Origin: Armatimonadota bacterium
GTDB taxonomy: Bacteria; Sysuimicrobiota; Sysuimicrobiia; Sysuimicrobiales; Humicultoraceae
Direction of reading: 5' to 3'
Length of the DNA stretch: 58,590 bases
NCBI GenBank assembly: GCA_037443365.1
Contig: JBBIOM010000005.1
Coordinates: forward strand, 5,760 to 64,349
Shown: positions 30,654 through 39,218 of the stretch, piece by piece
How the letters are laid out: each line of letters starts with the position of its first letter
Numbering within the stretch: position 1 is the first letter of the stretch
Program-made: the position numbers and the translations under genes
The notes under the pieces: model-generated
What the model saw: only the letters and a program-made list of their open reading frames with translations
What the model was told of the DNA's origin: nothing
The model's database searches: none

Positions 30654-30659
30654 TATACT
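30631..30659 (+). promoter_or_regulatory. Sigma70-type promoter of the DEAD-box helicase gene
   Basis: TTGAAC (30631-30636), 17-nt spacer, TATACT (30654-30659), with extended -10 TG. Confidence 0.7.
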
Positions 30660-30669
30660 GGCCTTGGTC

Positions 30670-30800
30670 GACATAGTTGCGTCTTTCGATACGGGCGATG
30701 TCAACCGGACGTCGCCCGTTTCATGTGTCCGCGGAGTTACTCTCACCAGGGCTGGGTGGACCGGTGGGCACGCGCAGGATGCCGGCACAAACCCGGCCCG
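30670..30800 (+). ncRNA. Structured 5' leader of the DEAD-box helicase gene (candidate cis-regulatory RNA)
   Basis: 12-bp stem ACGGGCGATGTC/GACGTCGCCCGT (30691-30719) enclosed by GACATA/TGTGTC; second stem GGGCTGGGT/ACCCGGCCC. Confidence 0.45.
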
Positions 30801-30834
30801 GGTTCCCCCCGGGTTAGTTCAGGAGGTAAGCAAG

Positions 30835-31968
30835 ATTACCATCTCAACGCACGAGACCGCGTTCGGCGGCCTCGTATTGCGCCCGGAGACCGTCCGGGCG
30901 ATAACCCGTCTCGGGTGGACCGAACCCACCCCGATTCAATCGAAGGTGATCCCCGCGCTCCTGGCAGGCCACGACGTCGCCGGCCAGGCGCAGACCGGAT
31001 CCGGCAAGACCGGCGCCTACGTCATTCCCATGCTCGAGCGCCTCGACCGCAATGCGCGAGGGATCCAATCGCTCGTGCTCTCACCCACCCGCGAGCTGGC
31101 CCTGCAGATCGCGGATGCGGTGCGCGCGCTGGGTGGACCCAAGATCCGCGTCACGGCGCTCTACGGCGGGCAGCCCATTGAGCGGCAGCTCGCCGCGCTG
31201 CGAGCCGGCGTGCAGGTGGCCGTGGCCACGCCAGGCCGCCTGCTCGATCACATCTCCCGGGGTTCGGTGAAGCTCGACGGCGTTCGGTTCCTGGTTCTAG
31301 ATGAGGCCGACCGGATGCTGGACATGGGCTTTCTGCCCGATGTGGAGGACATAATCCGGCTCACCCCGGCAGCGCGCCAGACCGCGCTGTTCTCGGCCAC
31401 GCTCCCAGACGCGGTGTCCACGATCGCGGCGCGGCACATGCGCAATCCATCGTGGATCAGGATCGCCGCGGCGGTGCCGACCGTCCAGACCGTGACGCAG
31501 TACTACCTGGAAGTGGCCGAACAGGACAAGGTGCGGGCGCTCCGGCTGCTGCTGACCAGCGGCGAGGTGCCCTCTGCCCTCGTCTTCCGGCGCACGCGCC
31601 GGGGAGCCGATCGGCTGGCCAAGATCCTGCGCGAGCGGGGTCAGCCGGTCGAGGTGATCCACGGTGATATGACCCAGGGCGCCCGGCTGCGCGCGCTGAC
31701 GGCCTTCGCCAAGGGAAGGGCCCAGGTGCTGGTGGCCACCAACGTCGCGGCCCGCGGGCTCGACCTTCCCGATATCTCGCACGTGGTCAACTTCGACATG
31801 CCCGAGGACGTGGACACCTACATCCACAGAGTCGGCCGCACAGCCCGGGCCGGACGCACCGGCGAGGCGATTACCTTCGTGGGCCAGCACGACGTGGAGG
31901 CGTTCGACCTGCTGCGGCGTCGGATCGGTTCGGCGCTGCAGCCCCACCCGCTGCCGCTGTACCGGTAA
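30835..31968 (+). CDS. DEAD-box RNA helicase, probable ATT start
   Basis: Q motif (PTPIQ), AQTGSGKT, PTRELA, TPGRL, DEAD, SAT, ARGLD and HRVGRTAR; AGGAGGT 7 nt before in-frame ATT. Confidence 0.93.
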   Translation: MTISTHETAFGGLVLRPETVRAITRLGWTEPTPIQSKVIPALLAGHDVAGQAQTGSGKTGAYVIPMLERLDRNARGIQSLVLSPTRELALQIADAVRALGGPKIRVTALYGGQPIERQLAALRAGVQVAVATPGRLLDHISRGSVKLDGVRFLVLDEADRMLDMGFLPDVEDIIRLTPAARQTALFSATLPDAVSTIAARHMRNPSWIRIAAAVPTVQTVTQYYLEVAEQDKVRALRLLLTSGEVPSALVFRRTRRGADRLAKILRERGQPVEVIHGDMTQGARLRALTAFAKGRAQVLVATNVAARGLDLPDISHVVNFDMPEDVDTYIHRVGRTARAGRTGEAITFVGQHDVEAFDLLRRRIGSALQPHPLPLYR

Positions 31969-31988
31969 GAGCCTCCCCGCCCGAACGC

Positions 31989-32024
31989 AGGGACTGGTTT
32001 GGTCTATCCGGCCAACCAGTCCCT
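31989..32024. terminator. Hairpin downstream of the helicase gene (possible terminator)
   Basis: AGGGACTGGTT/AACCAGTCCCT 11-bp inverted repeat; no U-tract. Confidence 0.45.
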
Positions 32025-32121
32025 CACCGGCACCCCGAGCGCTCCCGCGAGTCGTTCCAGGGTATCGAGGCTGGGAACATGTCGCCGGCCGTCAGATTGG
32101 AGTTATCCTGGGCCTCGCCAT
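32004..32121 (-). pseudogene. Remnant of an XRE/Cro-family HTH regulator
   Basis: Minus strand reads MARPRI / NL.AG / RHVPSLDTLERLAGALGVPVRDWLAG* across frameshifts, matching the C-terminal half of HTH_3 domains. Confidence 0.6.
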
Positions 32122-32142
32122 TTCGCGCCGGGCGTCCGGGCG

Positions 32143-32151
32143 TGGTATGCT
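32143..32151 (+). promoter_or_regulatory. Extended -10; probable leaderless transcript for the DUF47-wHTH gene
   Basis: TGgTATGCT ends 8 nt before ATG 32160; no Shine-Dalgarno sequence. Confidence 0.55.
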
Positions 32152-32159
32152 CGGTGCGT

Positions 32160-33110
32160 ATGGCTGATCCTTCGCTGCCTGCCGCGGTGCCCTCGCCGCG
32201 CGCCACACCGGTTCAGCGCGAGAGGGAATTCGAGCTACTCGAGGAGATGACGCGCGCCATCCTCGAGGCAGCCGAGGTGCTCACCGGGGCCCTGGAGAGC
32301 CGCACGCCCGCGGGTCAGGCCTGGCAGGCGATCCGAGATCTCGAGCACAAGGGCGATGCGATTGCGCGCGATCTCTTCGAATTCCTCTCATCCCCCGGCG
32401 TCCCCGCCGGCGATCGCGACGCTCTGCAGGGTCTGACCGGACTCCTCGACGACGTGCTCGACGCCATCGAGGCCGCGGCCGCGCGGCTGGCGATCCACCG
32501 TATCCGCCGGGCGATCCCCCCGGCACGCGAGATGGGGCAGATCATGCTCCGGTTGGCGCAGGAACTCAGGCAAGCGATTCGCGAGGTACGCCACGGGCGA
32601 GAGGTCTTCCCCCACACGCGCACGTTGCATCGCTTGGAGAACCAGGGCGACGACGTGCTGCGGGACGCCCTCGAGACCTTGTTCTCGGGCCGGTACAGCG
32701 CCAGGGACATCATCAAGTGGAAAGACATCTGCGAGATGCTTGAGACCGGCACCGACCGCTGCGAGGATATCGCCAACGTCTTGGAGACGCTAATCGTTCG
32801 TCCAGGCGTGGAGCAGAAGCTTGCAGCCGGCCGTCTGTCCATTGACACGGACCGCCACGAGGCCACCGTGGCCGGCAAGCCCATTCCCCTCACCGCGAAG
32901 GAGTTCGGTCTCCTGCACCTTCTGGTTCGCCATCAAGGCAAGGTGGTTCGTCGCGAGCGGCTCCTGCGCGAGGTTTGGGGCGAGGACTACTTCGGCAACT
33001 CGCGTACCCTCGATACGCACATTGGCTGGCTACGCAAGAAGGTCGAGCCCTACGCTGGACTGCGGTTGGTGGTCGTGCGGGGCATCGGATACCGCCTGGA
33101 CCTAAAGTAG
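32160..33110 (+). CDS. DUF47 (PhoU-like) domain fused to an OmpR/PhoB-type winged-helix DNA-binding domain
   Basis: DUF47: IRDLEHKGD, LDDVLDAIE, LENQGD, IIKWKDI.E.LE..TDRCED.AN; wHTH: LTAKEF.LL..L....GKVV.RE.LL..VWG, RTLDTHI..LRKK, VRGIGY. Confidence 0.88.
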   Translation: MADPSLPAAVPSPRATPVQREREFELLEEMTRAILEAAEVLTGALESRTPAGQAWQAIRDLEHKGDAIARDLFEFLSSPGVPAGDRDALQGLTGLLDDVLDAIEAAAARLAIHRIRRAIPPAREMGQIMLRLAQELRQAIREVRHGREVFPHTRTLHRLENQGDDVLRDALETLFSGRYSARDIIKWKDICEMLETGTDRCEDIANVLETLIVRPGVEQKLAAGRLSIDTDRHEATVAGKPIPLTAKEFGLLHLLVRHQGKVVRRERLLREVWGEDYFGNSRTLDTHIGWLRKKVEPYAGLRLVVVRGIGYRLDLK

Positions 33111-33111
33111 G

Positions 33112-33162
33112 TTTTTCCCAGGTTTGACATAGGGTTTACCCGGCCTTGGCCTATCTATCACC
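33112..33162 (+). promoter_or_regulatory. PHO-box-like array of 11-nt-period direct repeats upstream of pstS
   Basis: TTTTCC(33113), TTGACA(33124), TTTACC(33135), TTGGCC(33146), ATCACC(33157) at exact 11-nt spacing; TATGGT -10 candidate at 33172. Confidence 0.65.
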
Positions 33163-33214
33163 CCCCGAGTCTATGGTTGGGGGGGAATGGACTGCAGCCA
33201 AAGGAGGCCAGGCA

Positions 33215-34273
33215 GTGCTCAAGCCGTTATCCTGTCTTCTTAGTCTTGCTCTAGGCATCGCGGTGGTATTGGGCGCGGCAGGGACCACGCCCGCGCAGCA
33301 ACCGGTGACGCTCAACGGCGCGGGCGCCACGTTTCCGTTCCCGCTCTACTCTAAGTGGTCGCAGGTGTACCACGCCGAGCGAGGGGTCCAGATCAACTAT
33401 CAGTCTATCGGCTCGGGAGGCGGCATCCGGCAGTTCATGGCCAAGACGGTGGATTTCGGCGCCACCGACGGGCCGATGACCGGTGAGCTGATCCGGCAGG
33501 CCGGCGGCAGGGTCCTGCACATCCCGATGGTGGCGGGCGCGGTTGTGCCAGTGTACAACGTTCCCGGCGTGGGCCCCGGCCTGAACTTCACCCCCGATGT
33601 CCTGGCGGACATCTTTCTCGGCAAGATCACGAAGTGGAACGATCCGCGGATTGCCGCCGTCAACACCGCAGCGAAGCTGCCGTCCGCCGACATCATCGTC
33701 GTCCGCCGCTCGGACGGCTCGGGGACCACGGCCATCTGGGTTAACTACCTAAGCAAGGTGAGCGCCGAGTGGAAAGCGAAGGTCGGCGAGGGAACCTCGG
33801 TCAACTGGCCGGTCGGACTGGGCGGCAAGGGCAACGAGGGCGTCACTGGGCTCGTCAGGCAGATGCCCAACTCGCTGGGCTACGTGGAGCTGGCCTACGC
33901 GCTCACGAACCAGATGACCTTCGGCAACGTGCGAAACAGGGCTGGGCAGTTCATCCGACCATCGCTATCGAGCACCACGAGGGCCGTGGAAGGCGCGCTT
34001 CGGTCTATCCCTGAAGACTACCGCATGTTCTTCACGAATCCCGAGGGCCGGGACGCTTACCCCATCGCGGGTTTCACCTGGATCCTGATCTACGGCGACC
34101 AGCCCGATCCTGCCAAGGGCAGGGCGCTGGTTGAGTTCCTGTGGTGGGCCACGCACGAGGGCCAGAAGTATGCGCCGACGCTGCTGTACGCAACGCTGCC
34201 CAAGAGCCTGGTGCAGCGCGTCGAGGGAACCTTGAAGACCGTGACCTCACAGGGGAAGGCCGTCATGCCCTAA
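33215..34273 (+). CDS. pstS: Phosphate ABC transporter substrate-binding protein
   Basis: GAGATFP.PLY.KW, YQSIGSGGG, DFGATD, RSDGSGTT, GKGNEGV and YPI..FT; AAGGAGG RBS. Confidence 0.96.
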   Translation: MLKPLSCLLSLALGIAVVLGAAGTTPAQQPVTLNGAGATFPFPLYSKWSQVYHAERGVQINYQSIGSGGGIRQFMAKTVDFGATDGPMTGELIRQAGGRVLHIPMVAGAVVPVYNVPGVGPGLNFTPDVLADIFLGKITKWNDPRIAAVNTAAKLPSADIIVVRRSDGSGTTAIWVNYLSKVSAEWKAKVGEGTSVNWPVGLGGKGNEGVTGLVRQMPNSLGYVELAYALTNQMTFGNVRNRAGQFIRPSLSSTTRAVEGALRSIPEDYRMFFTNPEGRDAYPIAGFTWILIYGDQPDPAKGRALVEFLWWATHEGQKYAPTLLYATLPKSLVQRVEGTLKTVTSQGKAVMP

Positions 34274-35214
34274 TGAGCACGTCGCCGCGCGCCGCCTCAG
34301 GGGCGGGCGACCTCCTCTTCCAGCGGCTGCTGGCCGCCGCCGCGGGCAGCGTGCTGGTTATTGTGGGCGCCATGCTACTCGCGCTTACCGTCTCTGCCTG
34401 GCCGGCGATCCGGCGGTTTGGCCTGGCGTTCTTCGCCACATCAACATGGGATCCGGTGGCCGGCCAGTTCGGCGCCCTCCCCTTTGTTTACGGGACGGTC
34501 GTGTCATCGATCATCGCACTGGCGCTGGCCATTCCGCTGGGGCTGGGCGTAGCCATCTTCCTGTCGGAACTCACCCCGCGTGGGCTCCGGGCACCCATAG
34601 GCTTCCTGGTCGAACTGCTGGCGGCCATCCCCAGTGTGGTTTACGGCCTGTGGGGTATCTTCGTGCTGGTCCCCTGGGTGCGCGCTTCGCTGGCGCCGTC
34701 GCTCAAGGCGTTGTTCGGATTCCTCCCCTTGTTTGAGGGACCGCCGCTGGGGGTGGGGATGCTGACCGCTGGCCTGATCCTGGCCATCATGGTTGTGCCG
34801 TTCATCGTCGCGGTGAGCACCGCGGTCATGCGTGCCGTGCCGCAGTCCCAGCGGGAGGCCGCGCTCTCGCTCGGGGCCACCACCTGGGAAACCACCCGAA
34901 CCGCCGTGCTCCCCTACGCCCGATCCGGCATCATGGGCGCGGTCTTCCTGGCCCTGGCCCGGGCCCTCGGCGAGACGATGGCGGTGACCATGTTGATCGG
35001 CAATGTCCCCCAGATCAAGGCGTCGCTGTTCGCGCCCGCCTACACCATCGCAGCGGTGATCGCCAACGAGTTCGCCGAGGCCACGGAAGACCTGTACCTG
35101 GCCGCCCTGATCTACGCGGGACTCGTCCTCTTCCTGGTCACGGTCGTCGTCAATGTCCTCGCCCGCATCCTCGTCGCCCGGGCGGCAAAGGGCCCGAGCC
35201 TGATCAGGGAGTGA
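34273..35214 (+). CDS. pstC: Phosphate ABC transporter permease PstC
   Basis: WDP....FG, ELLAAIPSVVYGLWG, RALGETMAV and IANEF.EA. Confidence 0.95.
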   Translation: MSTSPRAASGAGDLLFQRLLAAAAGSVLVIVGAMLLALTVSAWPAIRRFGLAFFATSTWDPVAGQFGALPFVYGTVVSSIIALALAIPLGLGVAIFLSELTPRGLRAPIGFLVELLAAIPSVVYGLWGIFVLVPWVRASLAPSLKALFGFLPLFEGPPLGVGMLTAGLILAIMVVPFIVAVSTAVMRAVPQSQREAALSLGATTWETTRTAVLPYARSGIMGAVFLALARALGETMAVTMLIGNVPQIKASLFAPAYTIAAVIANEFAEATEDLYLAALIYAGLVLFLVTVVVNVLARILVARAAKGPSLIRE

Positions 35215-36065
35215 TGGGGATGGACCTGAGCTACGTACGGCGCAGGTGGACCAACCGGGCCATGGCTGTCCTAACATTCCTTTGCACCGTCGTCGTGCTG
35301 GCACCCCTGTTCTTCATCCTGTTCTTCCTGGCGCGCACCGGGCTTTCCGCCCTCAATCTGGATTTCTTCACCCACCTGCCGGGGCCGGCCGGTGAGCCCG
35401 GCGGCGGCATGGCCAATGCCATCGTGGGAACGCTGGTGCTGGTCGGGCTGGCAGCACTGCTCGGTGTGCCGGTCGGCGTGCTGGGCGGCATGTTCCTGGC
35501 AGAGTTCCCCGGCAGCCGGCTGGGCCACGCGGTCCGGCTGTTCGCTGACGTGATGAACGGGATGCCGAGCATCGTGATGGGTTTGTTCGCGTACACGCTC
35601 CTGGTGCTGCCACTCCGGCACTTCAGCGCGCTCGCCGGCGGGGTCGCCCTGGGCGTTATGCTGATTCCGACGGTGATGCGCACCACCGAGGAGATCGTCC
35701 GACTCGTGCCCCAGAGCCTCCGAGAGGCGTCGCTGGCGCTGGGTATCCCTCAGTGGAAGACGCTGCTTTGGATCGTCCTGCCCGCGGCGGCGGCCGGCAT
35801 CGTGACTGGAGTCATGGTGGGGCTCGCCCGCATCGCGGGAGAGACGGCGCCGTTGTTGTTCACGGCGTTCGGCAACCGCTTCTGGAACTGGGACCTGCTG
35901 CAGCCGATTGCCGCCCTGCCGCTGCAGATTTTCGCCTACGCCATCTCCCCGTTCGATGACTGGCACCGCCAGGCGTGGGCTGGCGCGCTTGTGCTGGTGG
36001 CGATAGTGTTGGCCATCAACGTCGCGGCGCGCTACTTCGCGGGCCGGCAGGCCAGGCTGCGTTGA
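35211..36065 (+). CDS. pstA: Phosphate ABC transporter permease PstA
   Basis: [25 protein letters not shown] and [10 protein letters not shown]. Confidence 0.95.
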   Translation: MMGMDLSYVRRRWTNRAMAVLTFLCTVVVLAPLFFILFFLARTGLSALNLDFFTHLPGPAGEPGGGMANAIVGTLVLVGLAALLGVPVGVLGGMFLAEFPGSRLGHAVRLFADVMNGMPSIVMGLFAYTLLVLPLRHFSALAGGVALGVMLIPTVMRTTEEIVRLVPQSLREASLALGIPQWKTLLWIVLPAAAAGIVTGVMVGLARIAGETAPLLFTAFGNRFWNWDLLQPIAALPLQIFAYAISPFDDWHRQAWAGALVLVAIVLAINVAARYFAGRQARLR

Positions 36066-36844
36066 TGCCCGCCGCGCTCATTGACCACGCCGCCGGGATC
36101 GAAACCCAGGACCTGCACGCCTGGTTTGATCGGCTCCATGTGCTGCGCGGCATCACACTGAGGGCGGCCCCGCGGAGGGTGACGGCCATCATTGGGCCAT
36201 CCGGCTGCGGCAAATCCACCTTCCTGCGCTGCCTCAACCGGATGCACGAACTCGTCCTGGGCTCAAGGTCGAGCGGCCGCGTGTTGTTGGACAGCCAGGA
36301 CATCTACGCGCCGGCGGTGGACCCCGTGTTGATCCGCCGTCGCGTGGGCATGGTGTTCCAGAAACCCAATCCGTTTCCCACCATGAGCATCTATGACAAT
36401 GTGGCCGCGGGGCTGCGGCTGGCAGGCGAACGGGATCGCCGGAGGCTGGACGAGACCGTTGAACGCAGCCTGCGCGCGGCCGCGCTGTGGGATGAGGTGA
36501 AGGACCGGCTAGCCAAGTCCGGCACCAGCCTGTCGGGGGGGCAGCAGCAACGCCTGTGCATCGCCCGGGCCCTAGCGGTCTCACCGGAGGTGCTGCTGAT
36601 GGACGAGCCGGCCTCCGCGCTCGACCCTTCCGCGACATTGAAGATTGAGGAGCTGGCGCGCGAGCTGGCCGCGCAGATCACCATCGTGATAGTGACCCAC
36701 AACATGCAGGAGGCGGCCCGGGTCTCCGACTTCACAGGGTTCTTCCTCAGCGGTGAGATGGTGGAGTACGGCGCCACCGACCAGATCTTCACCAGGCCCC
36801 GGGACCGCCGCACCGAAGACTACATCACCGGCAGGTTCGGGTAG
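36065..36844 (+). CDS. pstB: Phosphate ABC transporter ATPase
   Basis: [41 protein letters not shown] and YITGRFG. Confidence 0.97.
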   Translation: MPAALIDHAAGIETQDLHAWFDRLHVLRGITLRAAPRRVTAIIGPSGCGKSTFLRCLNRMHELVLGSRSSGRVLLDSQDIYAPAVDPVLIRRRVGMVFQKPNPFPTMSIYDNVAAGLRLAGERDRRRLDETVERSLRAAALWDEVKDRLAKSGTSLSGGQQQRLCIARALAVSPEVLLMDEPASALDPSATLKIEELARELAAQITIVIVTHNMQEAARVSDFTGFFLSGEMVEYGATDQIFTRPRDRRTEDYITGRFG

Positions 36845-36853
36845 GAGGCGGCC

Positions 36854-37510
36854 GTGACGCGGGAACTCTTTCTCAGGGAGCTGAACGCCCTCCAGGGCGA
36901 CGCCGTGCGCATGGCCGGGATGGCCGGGGATGCTATTCACGCGGCGGTGGAGGCGCTCAAAGAACGCGACAGCGCCCTCGCGGACCGGATCATTGAAGAG
37001 GACGACAGGATCGACGCGCTGCACCTGGAACTCGAGGAACGGTGCATGCGCCTGCTAGCCAGGCAGCAGCCGATGGCATCGGATCTGCGGACGATCGCGG
37101 CGGTTCTTGCCATCACCATCGACCTGGAGCGCATGGCTGATCACGCCGAGGGGATTTCGAAGTGCGCGAAACGGCTGGCTGACCAGCCGTTGCTCAAGCC
37201 CTTGATTGACATCCCGCGGATGGAGATCCTGGTCGGGGAGATGCTGCGCGACGCGATGGACGCGTTCCTCCGTCGCGATGCCGTACTCGCCGAGGCGATG
37301 GCGAAGAAGGACGACGAGGTGGACGCGCTGCGCAGCCAGGTGTTCCGCGAGCTGCTGACGTACATGATGAGCGATCCGCGGTCCATCCCCAGGGCCCTGG
37401 AACTGCTGCTGGTGGCGCAGCACCTCGAACGGGCGGCCGATCACATCACCAACATCGGCGAGCGCGTCATCTACATGGTGACCGGCGAACTGCGGGAATT
37501 GAACGTCTAG
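36854..37510 (+). CDS. phoU: Phosphate signalling/uptake regulator PhoU
   Basis: QQP.ASDLR, DLER.ADHA and LER.ADH.TNI.E; AGGAGG RBS. Confidence 0.96.
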   Translation: MTRELFLRELNALQGDAVRMAGMAGDAIHAAVEALKERDSALADRIIEEDDRIDALHLELEERCMRLLARQQPMASDLRTIAAVLAITIDLERMADHAEGISKCAKRLADQPLLKPLIDIPRMEILVGEMLRDAMDAFLRRDAVLAEAMAKKDDEVDALRSQVFRELLTYMMSDPRSIPRALELLLVAQHLERAADHITNIGERVIYMVTGELRELNV

Positions 37511-37535
37511 AGACCGAATCACAACGGAGCGTGCG

Positions 37536-37736
37536 ATGCCCACTGTCCTATTCGTCTGAGCCCACAACACCGCCCGCTCGCAGGTAGCGGAGGGGCTGTT
37601 CAACGCCCTGGCGCCGGCGGGCTGGCGGGCTCGGTCCGCGGGAACGGACCCCCAGGGTACGGTGCGCGAGGAAGCCTGCCCAGTCCTCCCCGTGGTACGC
37701 AGCCTCATCCACGACCTGGGAGGAGAACCAGCATGA
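37536..37736 (+). pseudogene. arsC: Internally shortened thioredoxin-type arsenate reductase/LMW-PTP ORF with in-frame TGA at the catalytic Cys (candidate Sec); pseudogene or mini-protein
   Basis: MPTVLFV*AHNTARSQVAEGLFNALAPAGWRARSAGTDP...EEACPVLPVVRSLIHDL; GGAG RBS; not in the ORF track. Confidence 0.75.
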
Positions 37737-38175
37737 GCGATCGCCGGTCCGATGTGGTTGCCTACGCGGCGGGCTGCGCCTGGACCGCGTCCTCTACTCA
37801 CCGCTTCACTACCCGGCTGACTACGGGTTCATCGTGGACACCCTGGCGAACGACGGGGACCACCTCGATGTCCTCATCTTTACCTATGAACCGACCTTCC
37901 CGGGCTGCCTCGTGGAGGTCCGTCCCGTCGGCGTGCTGGACATGCACGACGAGAAGGGGCACGACCAGAAGATCCTGGCCGTGCCAGTCGGCGACCCGCG
38001 CTTCCAGGGCGTGACCGATCTGGGGCACCTGCCCCCGCACTTCCTCAAGGAGGTGGAGCACTTCTTCGCGGTCTACAAGACGCTTGAGCAGAAGCCGGTG
38101 GAGATCCACGGCTGGGCCGGGGCAGAGGAAGCGCGCCGGTTGATCAGCGAGGCCCGGCGCTCGCTGCCGTCCTGA
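37733..38175 (+). pseudogene. ppa: Family I inorganic pyrophosphatase, frameshifted by an N-terminal deletion
   Basis: LRLDRVLYSP.HYP.DYGFI..TL..DGDHLDV, M.DEKG.D.KI and FF..YK.LE in a different frame from ATG 37733; the EIP.GS..KYE segment is missing. Confidence 0.8.
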
Positions 38176-39073
38176 GGTAGCGCATCAGCCCCAGGGCGTT
38201 CAGCCGCGAGGACATGATGATCTCCCTCCGCTCCGCGGCGCCCGGCCCGTCCGCGGCAGCCGCGCTGGCACCCGCTTCGCGCAACCGCTCCACGATCGTG
38301 TCTTCCGCGCATCCGGCTTCCAGCCCTGAGCGCACCATCTCCACGCCCGCCGCGAGACGCTCCTCTGCCTGGACGAGCAACTCGTCGCACCAGGTGTGCG
38401 GGCCGAAGTGCGTGAGCAGCATGCGCTCCGGCCGCAGGGCGCGCAGGCGCTCGAGCGTCGCGATCCAGGTTGGCACGTCTAGCTCGGGCGGAGGGGTCGG
38501 AGGCAGGACATAGCGCGATCCCGGCAGGCATATGCCTGCCGCGTCCCCGGTGAAGAGGTCGCCGGAGGACTCGTCCAGCAGCACCAGGTGATGCCGGGCG
38601 TGCCCGGGCGTATCGAGGGATCGCAGCCGACGCGACCCCAACCGGATCTGCGCCCCGTCCTGCAGCAGCCGCACCCGGTCCGCCGGAACCGGCTCGGGCT
38701 CGCCCAGCAGCGCGTCGAGGTCTCCACCGTAGAGCCGGCGGGCGCTCGCGATCAGGCGCGAGGGGTCTGCCAGGTGCGGCGCGCCCGCCGGGTGCACCCA
38801 CACTTCGAGATGGGGGAAGCGCCGCACGAGCGCGCCTGCCGCCCCTGCATGGTCCAGGTGGATGTGCGTGACCGCGACCGCCCGCAGATCCTGCGGGTCG
38901 CACCCGGCCGCGTGCACGCCCTCCAGCATCACCTCGACGGTCGAGGCCGGCCCGGTCTCGATCAGGGCCGGGTACTCACCCGGCAGCAAGTAGACGCCGA
39001 TCGCCGCGGGAGTGCGGCAGTAGCCGGTATCAATGAGCACCAGGTCATCGTCGAGGCGTTCAATGCCAGGCAT
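38144..39073 (-). CDS. MBL-fold metallo-hydrolase
   Basis: THIHLDHAG, TPGHA.HH, FTGD and THFG motifs. Confidence 0.9.
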   Translation of the reverse strand: MPGIERLDDDLVLIDTGYCRTPAAIGVYLLPGEYPALIETGPASTVEVMLEGVHAAGCDPQDLRAVAVTHIHLDHAGAAGALVRRFPHLEVWVHPAGAPHLADPSRLIASARRLYGGDLDALLGEPEPVPADRVRLLQDGAQIRLGSRRLRSLDTPGHARHHLVLLDESSGDLFTGDAAGICLPGSRYVLPPTPPPELDVPTWIATLERLRALRPERMLLTHFGPHTWCDELLVQAEERLAAGVEMVRSGLEAGCAEDTIVERLREAGASAAAADGPGAAERREIIMSSRLNALGLMRYLRTAASAGPR

Positions 39074-39132
39074 GGCGTGGTCTCCGGTGTAGGGGGGTCT
39101 CGCACCAAGATACCACAGTTCGCCCGGGACGG

Positions 39133-39160
39133 TTGCGGCAGGGGCCCCGCGTGCTATAAT
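39133..39160 (+). promoter_or_regulatory. Promoter of rplY-pth
   Basis: TTGCGG, 16-nt spacer, TATAAT with extended TG; a divergent TGgTATCTT at 39115-39107 serves the MBL gene. Confidence 0.55.
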
Positions 39161-39218
39161 GAGCGGTGTTCGGGCCCCGGCGATTGGGGCCTGTTGTGTG
39201 TGTTGGAGGGAGTCGCGG

